DNA of 64,000 bases from Gemmatimonadales bacterium (GCA_965249575.1 OZ252244.1:2240001-2304000), one strand, 5' to 3'. Shown: positions 1-9,065, numbered from the stretch's first letter. Program-made: numbers and translations. Notes: generated by a model from the sequence alone, not told the origin.

Positions 1-1857
1 GGAGAGGGACCGACGCCTGCCCCCCGATAACGCCCCGGTGATCTCGGGGGTGTGTAGGACCCGAGAGCGCCAACCGTTCCCTGCGCCGCCTCCGCGAGCT
101 GTATCGCCTTCGCGAACGTCACACCGCGCTCGGGATTCTCGGAGTCAAACACGCGCCGCTCCGCGAACGCGATACGCGCCGCGGGGACTTCGAGGTGCCG
201 AGCAACGTGGTCAGCCAAAATGCTGCGGGTGCGTGTCGCCGCCTGGATCGCAGCGTTCCCTGTCATCAGCGTGACGCGGCTCGAATAGCTGCCGAGGTCG
301 ACCGGTGTGAGGTCGGTGTCGCCGGTAAACACGCTGATCTCGAGTGGGTCGATGCCGAGTAACTCCGCCACGATGTAGGCCAGAATCGAGTCCGATCCCT
401 GTCCGATCTCGGTCGATCCGCAGAACACCGTAACCCCGCCCCCGCGGTCGCACTTCAACTGCACGCCGGAATGCGGCATGTCGTTCCAGTAGATAGGGAG
501 TCCCGCGCCGCAGATATAACTGGCACCCGCGAGGCCCAATCCGCGTCCGTAGGGAAGCTGTCTGAACCGACTCTTCCATCCTGACGCATCCACCACTTTT
601 TCGATGCATTCGCGGAGTCCGATGGACCCAACCTGGAGGTAATTCGCGGTGACGGCATTGGGTGGAACCAGATTTGCCAGACGTATCTCGGCCGGATCGA
701 GGCTCAGTCGTTCGGCGATCTTGTCCGATGTGGACTTCGAGAGCGAAGCGCGGCTGTGGCGTCCCGTGCCCGCGGCTTGGGTCCGCACGGTGGCTTGTTG
801 GTGAATACGCGGGCGCCCTGGTCACGAAGGACGGCTCGATCAGGGCAATGCACTTCAAGTCCGTACTTGGATGGTGGCGGCTACGGGTCCTACGGCGTGG
901 CGAGCACGTATTACAGGAAACGATAGCGACGTACAGGATACGTCACGGTCTGAAGCGCCCCCGACGCCCGTCTTGACCGACATGAGGGTGGGGTGCCGCC
1001 CGCGATGGCAACACCGGGCGGCCCATCAAGATCACGTTGACCAGAGAGGAGGTGTTCTATGATCATGGCGAGTTTTGCCACGGCGATCTCGTGACTAAAG
1101 GGATCGCTCTTGCCGCCGAACCCACCGCCGTTTGGGCACGCAATGACGCGAATGCGGGCCGGCGGCAACTCCAGCACCTTGGCCAGCGCTCGGTGAACGT
1201 AGTGCGGAGTCTGTGTTGAGCTCCACAGGATGAGCCGGCCGTCTGCCGACCACTGGGCGACCGCCGCGTGCTGCTCCATCGGGAGATGCGTATTGCCTTC
1301 GTAAAAGAAGAGGTCTTCCTGAATTAGATCTGCTTCAGCAAAGCCGTCCTCGACCTCGCCGAATTCCAGATCGACTGTCTTGTGGAGGTTGCCCAGCGGT
1401 CCGTAGTCATGAATACGCGGCTCGGGATGGGAGAGTGCATCTTCGATGCCCCCAATTGCCTGGAGGGGCTCGTATTCGACCTGGATCTGCTCGAGCGCGG
1501 CAACCGCAACGTCCTCGCTCACGGCAGCGACGGCCGCTATCGGGTCACCAACGAACCGGACCTTATCCGGCGCGAGGGCATGCTCGTCCTCGCTCACGGG
1601 TAGGATGCCGAACCGGATGGGCAGGTCCGAGCCCGTGATCACCGCGTAGACGCCCTGTGCGGAGGCTGCCGCTGTCACGTCGATCCCCACGATCCGGGCG
1701 TGGGCGTGTGGGCTGCGCGCAGGAGCTTGGCGAATCCCATGCGCGGAAGCACGATGTCGTCGGCGAATTTCGTGCTCCCGGTCACCTTCGCCACCGCGTC
1801 TACCTTGCGATGGGAGCGGCCAATCACCGTGTTCCGTCGCGCCTCACTACCGGCCAT
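1..1857 (-). pseudogene. Xanthine oxidase-family molybdopterin-binding subunit, 4-hydroxybenzoyl-CoA reductase alpha (HcrA)-like; disrupted by a +2 insertion (~1715-1720) and a scrambled block (~725-1061); runs off the window start
   Basis: Pieces translate to VDAVAKVTG..LLRSPHAHARI..DKVRFVGDP..GGGFGGK..TREEVFY..TNKPPCGPKRGHG..EIGQGS..DLGSYSSRVT, collinear with HcrA-type large subunits once reassembled. ATG at 1857 overlaps the small-subunit stop. Confidence 0.85.
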
Positions 1858-2383
1858 ACAATACCTCGCGTGACGGAGTCGGCGACTCTCCACGCATCAT
1901 TGCCGCAGCGAGCTCAACCGCCTCGTAGATCTTGAGGTAGCCAGTGCAGCGGCAGAGGTTGCCTGACAGCTCTCGCTTGATCGTGGTCCGATCCGGGGCG
2001 GGGTTCTCCCGGAGCAGCGCTTCGGCAGCGAGCAAGAAGCCGGGGGTGCAGTATCCGCATTGGGCGGCTCCCAGCTCCGCGAAGGCTACTTGCAGCGGGT
2101 GGAGCTCCGCCCCGTGTGCCAGCCCCTCGACGGTCGTGACGCGGTGGTCCTGGCAAGCAAGTCCAAGCACCAGACAGGAGAGAACGGGCTGGTCGTCGAG
2201 CAGAACGGTGCAGGTGCCGCATTCCCCCAGCTCACATCCGTGCTTGGTACCGGTGAGACCGAGGTCCTCTCGGAGCACTTCGAGCAGCGTCTTGTGTGGG
2301 GTGAACGCGACTTCGACGGGTTCCCCGTTCAGCTCGAACGACGCGAGGGCTGTTGCGGCCGGCCTAACCTTTGACCGTCCCAA
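1847..2383 (-). CDS. (2Fe-2S)-binding small subunit of xanthine oxidase-family enzyme (HcrC/CoxS-like)
   Basis: GTKHGCELGECGTCTV, SCL, QCGYCTPG and GNLCRCTGY motifs; start codon uncertain. Confidence 0.93.
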   Translation of the reverse strand: MGRSKVRPAATALASFELNGEPVEVAFTPHKTLLEVLREDLGLTGTKHGCELGECGTCTVLLDDQPVLSCLVLGLACQDHRVTTVEGLAHGAELHPLQVAFAELGAAQCGYCTPGFLLAAEALLRENPAPDRTTIKRELSGNLCRCTGYLKIYEAVELAAAMMRGESPTPSREVLYGR

Positions 2384-2603
2384 ACAGGAACGTCTCCGTC
2401 TGTTCGGTGAGAAACTTCCGCGCGTTCGGGTCTCGCAGATCGAGGGCGTGATGATTGATGAGCGCCGTCTGTTGCTGGAGCCACGCCTGCCAGCACTCCT
2501 GGCAAATCGATGTTGCGATCCGCTCGCCTAGTGCATTCGGTAATGGGCGCGTTCCCAGGGTAGGGCGATCTTGGCCGCACCGCGAACAGGTTGAGGAGTC
2601 CAT
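2364..2603 (-). CDS. yggX: Fe(II)-trafficking / oxidative damage protection protein (YggX family)
   Basis: MDSSTCSRCG..LGERIATSICQECWQAWLQQQTALINHHALDLRDPNARKFLTEQTETFLF matches the YggX pattern; ATG at 2603. Confidence 0.85.
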   Translation of the reverse strand: MDSSTCSRCGQDRPTLGTRPLPNALGERIATSICQECWQAWLQQQTALINHHALDLRDPNARKFLTEQTETFLFGTVKG

Positions 2604-2658
2604 ATAGGGATAATCTAACCTTGCGGCAATGGAGGCGCGACGGCACGTTACGCCGGTC

Positions 2659-2865
2659 ATGGAGCGTTCGGACCGCACGGTGGGGCTTTGCTGGGATTGT
2701 GCATTCGCCCACCGCGTCCGGACGTTCAGCGGATCGATCTTTTGGCACTGTATGCGGTCGCGAAACGACCCATCATTTCCGAAGTACCCGCCATTGCCTG
2801 TGCTCAACTGCACTGGTTACCATCCCGATGTCAGCCGCGGCGACGCCGAGCGCACTTCCGAGTGA
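2659..2865 (+). CDS. Small Cys-rich hypothetical protein (possible metal-binding)
   Basis: GLCWDC..GSIFWHC..DPSFPKYPPLPVLNCTGY with four spaced Cys. Confidence 0.6.
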   Translation: MERSDRTVGLCWDCAFAHRVRTFSGSIFWHCMRSRNDPSFPKYPPLPVLNCTGYHPDVSRGDAERTSE

Positions 2866-2927
2866 TCCTGATCGAGAACGCCGTCATGTGCCGGTGTCCA
2901 ACCCATACGCGCGCCCGGAGGTCAAGC

Positions 2928-3188
2928 ATGCAGGTACGCATGAATGTCGCGATGATCGACGCGCTCAAGACCACGCCGGAGATTCCGGACAATCTCATAG
3001 GGTGCGTCGGCAAAGCCCAGGCGGATGGGGCGGGTTTCCTCGTTCCCATGAATGTAGACGAAGCCATGGCAATGACGGAGCTGTGCCAGTGGTACATCCA
3101 AACGGACCCGTCCACCGGGAAGTTGACTCCTAAAGCGGAGCTCTTCGACTCCATCGTCCGTGCGGTGTACAGCGCCGAGGATGCCTGA
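2928..3188 (+). CDS. Hypothetical protein (86 aa)
   Basis: GGAGG RBS before ATG 2928; protein-like composition; first of a + strand run. Confidence 0.7.
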   Translation: MQVRMNVAMIDALKTTPEIPDNLIGCVGKAQADGAGFLVPMNVDEAMAMTELCQWYIQTDPSTGKLTPKAELFDSIVRAVYSAEDA

Positions 3189-3212
3189 ACTCAACTACCA
3201 ACGGAGGCGCGC

Positions 3213-3656
3213 ATGAGAACAATGTTTGCGTTCGTGACGATCGTCATATCGCTTGGCGGGCCCGCCTTGGGGCAGGAAAAACAGATCATCGCGGGGCCGG
3301 GCGCGCCGTCCACACTCCCTTTCTCGCCTGCGGTGAGAGTCGGCAACACGCTCTATCTCTCTGGCCAGATCGGAAGAGTGCGGGAAACCGGCCAACTCGC
3401 ACCTGGAGGCACCGCCGGGCAGGTCCGGCAGACCCTGGAGAACGTACGCGCCGTTCTTGAAACGGCGGGAAGCTCGATGGACAGGGTGGTCGAGTGCACG
3501 GTGTTCCTCGCTGACATCGCGGACTACCGCGCGATGAACGAGGTCTACGCGGCGTTCTTCCCGACCGCTCCACCCGCGCGATCCACGGTCGCCGTGTCAG
3601 GGCTTGCGGCGGGAGCCAGCGTGGAGATCGGGTGTATCGCCCTCGCTAACGCGTGA
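3213..3656 (+). CDS. RidA/YjgF/UK114 family protein with N-terminal signal peptide
   Basis: PFSPAVRVGNTLYLSGQIG, MNEVYAAFF, PPARSTVAV, VEI; GGAGG RBS. Confidence 0.92.
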   Translation: MRTMFAFVTIVISLGGPALGQEKQIIAGPGAPSTLPFSPAVRVGNTLYLSGQIGRVRETGQLAPGGTAGQVRQTLENVRAVLETAGSSMDRVVECTVFLADIADYRAMNEVYAAFFPTAPPARSTVAVSGLAAGASVEIGCIALANA

Positions 3657-4168
3657 AGATCAAACTGCAGTTGGCTGCCCTCGAGCCGCTCGTCCTCCAA
3701 CCGCTACATGGCCTGAGCCCGGAGGCGTGGCACGCCGCACCAGCTGCGAAGTGGAGTGTAGCTCAGATCGTCGCCCACCTTGCGCGCGCGGTCGATCTCT
3801 CCTCGTCGGCGTTTCGTCAGCGGGAAGACCGGCAAGGAATGGAGCGGCGGGCGACTCCGGCACAAGCCTTGTTGCGGCACGTCCTGCTCGGGATCGGACG
3901 GTTCACCGGCGGTCGGCAGGCTCCTCCAGAAGCCCGGCCACCCGAGCGACCAGAACCTGAGCTCGTCATGGCTCAGTTCAGGATCGGCGTCGAACGCTTC
4001 GTTGAGTTTGAGACCCGCTGGCCGGCCGAAAAACAGATCACGGTATTCGTGAAGCACCCAGTAATTGGTGATCTGAACCTTCCCGAGTGGATCCGGTTTC
4101 ACTATGTCCACTGTCGGCATCACGCACGGCAGATCCGAAGTCGGATACGTTGGCTCGCGCGGGCATAG
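3653..4168 (+). CDS. DinB family protein
   Basis: KWSVAQIVAHL, HPVIGDL, HCRHHARQI; GTGA overlap with the upstream stop. Confidence 0.88.
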   Translation: MKIKLQLAALEPLVLQPLHGLSPEAWHAAPAAKWSVAQIVAHLARAVDLSSSAFRQREDRQGMERRATPAQALLRHVLLGIGRFTGGRQAPPEARPPERPEPELVMAQFRIGVERFVEFETRWPAEKQITVFVKHPVIGDLNLPEWIRFHYVHCRHHARQIRSRIRWLARA

Positions 4169-4762
4169 TCCTCTTCCTGGCGATTGTTGGGGTGGTGCCG
4201 CTTAGTGCCCAGGCCGGCGCTGGACCCGAGCACCCCCACCGATCGAAATACTCATGGCCGAAGTTTGCGGCGGGGTTTGCCGCGAGCCTCTTGGCACACG
4301 AGCTGGCTCACGTAGGGGCGGCATTTGCGGTCGGAGGCGACCCGTCGGTGGTACTCGACAGTGGCCGCCCGGTCATCCGGTCAGGGATCGACCCGAACGA
4401 CGATCCCGCCGGCCCATTTTGCGTTCTCAGCCGCCGGGATGGGCACGCAGCTGCTGATCAACGAGGTCGTGTTCCTCTTGCCGCACCGCGCCCCGAGGGC
4501 GAGTGCGTTCGAGTACGGCCTCATGGCTGGGGGGATCGGTACCGTTGCGTTCTACCTGTCGGTCGGCCGGAGCTCCGAGGTGGGAGACGTTCAGCAGATG
4601 GTGCAGCATTCCGGTCTCTCGACTTGGGGTGTGACAGCGATTTTCGGTGGTGTAGCGCTTGCGGAAATCGTCCGCCTCGCGTTGAGCGAGCGCTACCTGA
4701 ACTTCTTCGCAACCCCCACGCCCCAAAACGAGCTCGCCTTCGGCGTCTCCTCTGACTTCTAG
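4150..4762 (+). pseudogene. Membrane/secreted hypothetical protein with HExxH motif, +1 frameshift near 4405-4415
   Basis: Frame 1 gives a signal peptide and LLAHELAHVG; frame 2 continues AHFAFSAAGMG..GDVQQM..FGVSSDF. Confidence 0.65.
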
Positions 4763-5616
4763 GTGACGGTTAGCCCACTCGCGCTCACCGCCGGTGCGAG
4801 CGATCGAGCAGGGTTTCCTTCGCGAGTCAGCGCCTCGGCGATTGCCGCCGCCACACGGCCGGTTTCCAGCCGGGGCGCCAGCGCGATCAATGCCGACCCG
4901 GCCCCTGAGATCGTCACGCCATGAGCTCCGGCGTCCAGCCCCGCTCGCACCGCGGTGTCGAACCCGCGGATGAGTCGCTTGCGGTATGTGACGGCCAGCT
5001 GATCTTCCATGCCGAATCGAATCAGCTGGGACTCACCGTTGGTCAGGCCCAACAGCAAGGCGGCGGCGCGAGACGACTGGGCGATCGCTACGGCGCGCGG
5101 TACCTCCCGCGGGAGTAGCGCTCTCGCCTCGTGCGTATCGATGCCCTCCTCAGGAATCGCGAGTCCGACGCCGAGTTCCGCATGGAGAGCGAGCCTCGTC
5201 GGGAGGTCCGCCGAGAGAACCAAGCCCCCGTAAATTGCGGGTCCGGCGTTGTCGGGGTGGCCCTCTAGCTGCGCGACGGTCTCGAAGATGGCGTCGTGGT
5301 CGACCGCACGCCCCTCGGCGAGCTGCACGAGAGCTGCGCCCGCCGTGAGCGCGGCCGCCGATGATCCGAGACCCTTGCCGATCGGGATCTCGGAATGCAG
5401 CTCGAGTCGCCGGTCCGTATCCACGCCGGATGCGCGCAACAGGCTCGCGACGTGGTCTTGGTCGGGATCGACCGACGAGACGGTCCCCGTATATCTGGCC
5501 GGTCCGGATCCCTCCAACAGGCGTGCCTCAAGCCACACGTCCAGCGCGAGCCCGAGGCAGTCAAATCCGGCCCCAAGGTTGGATGTCGAGGCCGGGACGC
5601 GCACCGTGAGCGTCAT
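4759..5616 (-). CDS. thrB: Homoserine kinase
   Basis: VPASTSNLGAGFDCLG, IPIGKGLGSSAAA, EGHPDN, ISGAGS. Confidence 0.95.
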   Translation of the reverse strand: MTLTVRVPASTSNLGAGFDCLGLALDVWLEARLLEGSGPARYTGTVSSVDPDQDHVASLLRASGVDTDRRLELHSEIPIGKGLGSSAAALTAGAALVQLAEGRAVDHDAIFETVAQLEGHPDNAGPAIYGGLVLSADLPTRLALHAELGVGLAIPEEGIDTHEARALLPREVPRAVAIAQSSRAAALLLGLTNGESQLIRFGMEDQLAVTYRKRLIRGFDTAVRAGLDAGAHGVTISGAGSALIALAPRLETGRVAAAIAEALTREGNPARSLAPAVSASGLTVT

Positions 5617-5694
5617 CGTGCGCCCCCCCGGTTGGGGACGGTGGGCGTGCCAATCAATCCGAGTGCCATCGAGAAGAGTCGCTGGAGAGGACAG

Positions 5695-8600
5695 CTACAT
5701 GCGGAACAAGTAGCTGAGCTTCATGAAGAAATTGTCGTTGACGCGCCGGAGGTCGCGGAAAGCAAGAGCGTCCGTTTCGGTCAGGCTGGATCCGTAGCCT
5801 GCGAAGAAGACCGTGCCGGGATTGGGCTGAAGGGCCAATAGCACGTCGTAGCGGAAGTCGTTCGTGACCTCTCGAGTGGTGAGGGTGCCGTCTACCAGAA
5901 TGGGATCCTCCGTACGCGGGTCCCTGAGGGCATCCCGAGTTCGTGCGTCGTACTGACCCACGAACCGGACGAAGAGCGGTCGGGCCAGCTGGTACTCGAT
6001 TTTTAGGCGTGGAACGTGGGCCGTCGCGAAGGTACTGCCATCCCGCTTCCGTCGAAGGCGGCGGTGAAGGTACTGCGCGTCAATCCGAATCTGCTCCGTG
6101 GGGCGCCACTCGATGGTGAAGCTCGGCATGATGACAGGGGCCGGTGCGAACTCGAAGTGATCGATATCCTGGCCGTAAATGAACCGTGCGGTGGCGGAGA
6201 ACTGTGAGAACTTGGGCGTCCGCAGACTCGCGATGAAGCCCAAGGATCGCACTTGGCCGTCGAGTACGAAAGGCACGGTGTCGACCGCTCCGCCCGCCAG
6301 CACTTGCTCCACCGCGTACCCGGCGTGGAACGTGGAGTCGAATTCAAACGTCTCGGTAATGGGGTTCACGCTCAGCGACCACCCACCTTTGAAGGCAAAG
6401 GTGTTGTTGAAGCTGATGCGTGTCTCAATGGGTTTCCCCCCACCGAAGAACTGATGGTAGTCCCACGTGCCGCTGAAGTTCACCCTCCCTGTCCAACTCT
6501 CGAAGACGCCGCCCGGTTGTCCGAACAGCGAGAACCGGTTCGAAGCGTCTGCACTGACGAACCCCACCCGGCGAACGAACCCGCTCGCGGCCACGAAGTC
6601 TGGGTGAAATCCCTTGACCTGGTATCGGAACCCCCAGGAGCGCCCGGTCCGGTCGGCCCACAGGTCCCAGATCGGTCCAGAAGCGATGGACCCGAGCCGG
6701 CGCGTGAAGCTCTGCCCCGCCTGTAACTGGATGAAGTACAGTTTCTTGAATACGATGCGGGCATCGAACGCCGCCACACGGTTGAAATCGCGGCCATCGA
6801 TCTTGTCCGTGTAGGTCAAGCCGACCGTTGACTGACCGGCGAGGTCCCGGCGGAGGCGAACGAGGTTATAGATGGGGTTGTCGACGAGCGTCTCGGAGGC
6901 GTTCTTGGCGTCGACCGCCGAGAGCAATCCGATGGTCGTACCCGCGGCTTTCCCGGTGAGCTTCACAGCTCCCACGGGGTTGGTGACCCGCCGGGTGTAG
7001 ATGAGCTGTCCTGGGGAGCTCAGCTGTTCGATGCCCTCCACGAAGAACGGCCGCTTTTCCGGAAAGAAGATGGCGAAGCGTGGATCGATGGGAATCCGCG
7101 CGGCGTCGGCCTCGACCTGCGAGAAATCGGGATTGACGGTCCCGTTCATCGTGAGGTTGGTGGTCACGCCCCATCGAATGTTGCCGCCCAGCTCCGCCAC
7201 ATCGGGGCCAAGCTCGTCATACTGCCAGCCGGTGCCTGTTGCCGACGGCTCGCCATCGACGCGAGCCGTGACGACCGGGTTGATGTCGAGCACGAGTCCG
7301 CGGCTGAGACCGGTCAGGTCTCGGAGCCGCCCGGATTGGGACAGGAACGACGCCGTGCGCCCGGTGCGGGTCCACGTGTCCTCGTACCCGGAACGCTGCA
7401 CCTTGCGCAGGATGTTGATGCCCCAATCCTGCGCCGCTCTCGACTGGAAGCGGAAGCTCTTGAACGGGATGCGAACCTCGACCTCGTAGCCATAGTCCGT
7501 GAGGCGTCCCTTGGAGTCGTAGACGAAGTCGGGACTCAAGTCCAAGCCCCGGGCGAAGCCTACCTGGTTTCCTCCCCCTCCCCCTCCACTTCCCCCGACA
7601 CGGATGATCGATCCTCCCTCGTTTCGTATCCCGTCGGCCTGAGCGCCAAGGGGATTCACGCCGAACGTGAGAGCCTGCCGCCGATCGTTGAAGGTATCGA
7701 GGAGAATCTGGATGTAATCGTCGTTGTCGATCTTGTCCCGATCGGCGAGCGTCGCGCGAATAGTGCCCGTCGGCGCGAAAGCTCGAATGCCGAAGTGGAT
7801 CGCGGACTCTGAGTACCAAATCAATACCTGAGTCGAATCCTCGGCTGGCCGGCCTTCCAGCGGGCTGAACTGCGAGAACCCCGTGAGGAGCGACGCTTGG
7901 GCCCACACGGATTCGTCGAGTAGTCCATCCACTGTAATCGATTCGCCCAACTGAGGCGCGCGAACATCGGTCTGCCCCGCCCCTCCCGAGTACACTCCCA
8001 TTGTTGCGTCCGCGTTTCCCGCCTCGAGGGACGGCCCGTTCGTGGGCGCCGCGACCGCCGGCTGCCGCGGCGCGACCCGCTCCGCCCGCGCCGCCGGCGC
8101 CCCGTCCACGTACATCACCGGACACGCCCGCACCTGCCCCCGCCGCCGCACCACCACCCGCCCCGCCCGTCCGTCCGCCAACGCCCGCTGCGCGTCCCGA
8201 TACGCCCGCCCCCCCCACTCCCCCGCCCACACTGCACACAAATCCGTGTAGCCCGCCTCCCCCGGCACCCGTGTCAGCAACACCGCCGCCTCCCCGCCCC
8301 CCCACACCGCGTCCTGCGCCGCCGCCCGCGCCGGCCCAAACCCCCAGTACCACACCGCCACCCCCCGATACCACGCCGGCCGCAACCGCCGCCCCGCCGG
8401 ATCGTGCTCCAACGTGCTCCCCGCCGGCACCACCACCGCCAGCACCATCTGCCCCGTCCCCACCACCCGCACCTGCCCCCGCCGCGCCAACGCCCGAATC
8501 ACCGCCGCACTGCGCACCGCCACCGGCTCCACCCCCCCCGCCACCACCTCCACCTCGTACACCCGCCGCACCACGCTGTAGCCCCCCACCCCCGGAATCG

Positions 8601-8862
8601 TCGAGAAGACCTCCCCTCCCCCCCGCACCCGGTACAACGTCCCCGCCTGCGGCTCCGTCCGCCCCAAATCGTACCACTGCACCGCCCGCCCCTTGTACCA
8701 CCCGTCCCGCAACGGATAGTGCGTCGCAAACGCCTCCCCCAACTGCTCCACCGCGCTCCGCTCCACGGGCGTCCAGCCCGCCTGGCTACCACCGGTCACC
8801 TGGGCGGCAAGCAGGGGAGAACCGGCAACCGCAACTGTGAGAGCAAAGTGGAGCGCGAGCAA
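5695..8862 (-). CDS. CBM9-like/DUF5916-type outer-membrane protein with an extra ~250-aa N-terminal domain
   Basis: Signal peptide; ITVDGLLDESVW, GVNPLGAQAD, VEVRIPFKSFRF, VNPDFSQVEAD, FPEKRPFF; C-terminal KLSYLFRM. Confidence 0.88.
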   Translation of the reverse strand: MLALHFALTVAVAGSPLLAAQVTGGSQAGWTPVERSAVEQLGEAFATHYPLRDGWYKGRAVQWYDLGRTEPQAGTLYRVRGGGEVFSTIPGVGGYSVVRRVYEVEVVAGGVEPVAVRSAAVIRALARRGQVRVVGTGQMVLAVVVPAGSTLEHDPAGRRLRPAWYRGVAVWYWGFGPARAAAQDAVWGGGEAAVLLTRVPGEAGYTDLCAVWAGEWGGRAYRDAQRALADGRAGRVVVRRRGQVRACPVMYVDGAPAARAERVAPRQPAVAAPTNGPSLEAGNADATMGVYSGGAGQTDVRAPQLGESITVDGLLDESVWAQASLLTGFSQFSPLEGRPAEDSTQVLIWYSESAIHFGIRAFAPTGTIRATLADRDKIDNDDYIQILLDTFNDRRQALTFGVNPLGAQADGIRNEGGSIIRVGGSGGGGGGNQVGFARGLDLSPDFVYDSKGRLTDYGYEVEVRIPFKSFRFQSRAAQDWGINILRKVQRSGYEDTWTRTGRTASFLSQSGRLRDLTGLSRGLVLDINPVVTARVDGEPSATGTGWQYDELGPDVAELGGNIRWGVTTNLTMNGTVNPDFSQVEADAARIPIDPRFAIFFPEKRPFFVEGIEQLSSPGQLIYTRRVTNPVGAVKLTGKAAGTTIGLLSAVDAKNASETLVDNPIYNLVRLRRDLAGQSTVGLTYTDKIDGRDFNRVAAFDARIVFKKLYFIQLQAGQSFTRRLGSIASGPIWDLWADRTGRSWGFRYQVKGFHPDFVAASGFVRRVGFVSADASNRFSLFGQPGGVFESWTGRVNFSGTWDYHQFFGGGKPIETRISFNNTFAFKGGWSLSVNPITETFEFDSTFHAGYAVEQVLAGGAVDTVPFVLDGQVRSLGFIASLRTPKFSQFSATARFIYGQDIDHFEFAPAPVIMPSFTIEWRPTEQIRIDAQYLHRRLRRKRDGSTFATAHVPRLKIEYQLARPLFVRFVGQYDARTRDALRDPRTEDPILVDGTLTTREVTNDFRYDVLLALQPNPGTVFFAGYGSSLTETDALAFRDLRRVNDNFFMKLSYLFRM
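8040..8790 (-). other. Compositionally extreme segment (G-rich coding strand) encoding a two-repeat WY.G..V..Y.(F/L)G / (I/V)PG..GY(S/T) domain
   Basis: Plus strand is visibly C-rich and G-poor; nearly all fourfold codons end in G. Confidence 0.85.
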
Positions 8863-9065
8863 GAGAGAGAGCCCACTCCTCGGCGTCAGGGGACAGCCCC
8901 CCGGCCGTTTTTCGGGAGAACGTTCGGTTGATCGGTAGAACCGTTATGCAGCATGCGATCTCTCACGACGCGCAGCCCTCACTCGCCTGTGCTCCCGAGG
9001 ACAACATCTCTATTCGCGCGCCAGCGCCCGATCCGCTCCCGTTGTGTGTCCGGTGGCGATTCGTG

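Noticed and set aside
821..1061. Shufflon/invertase-controlled switch or CRISPR-like array
   Set aside because: No repeated recombination sites, direct repeats or recombinase seen; junction overlaps are only 0-3 nt.
7217..8701. 494-aa Gly-rich PE-PGRS-like ORF
   Set aside because: Alternative frame of the G-skewed segment; the motif-bearing frame is 5695..8862.
8001..8931. Pro-rich and His-rich plus-strand ORFs
   Set aside because: Antisense shadows of the C-rich strand.
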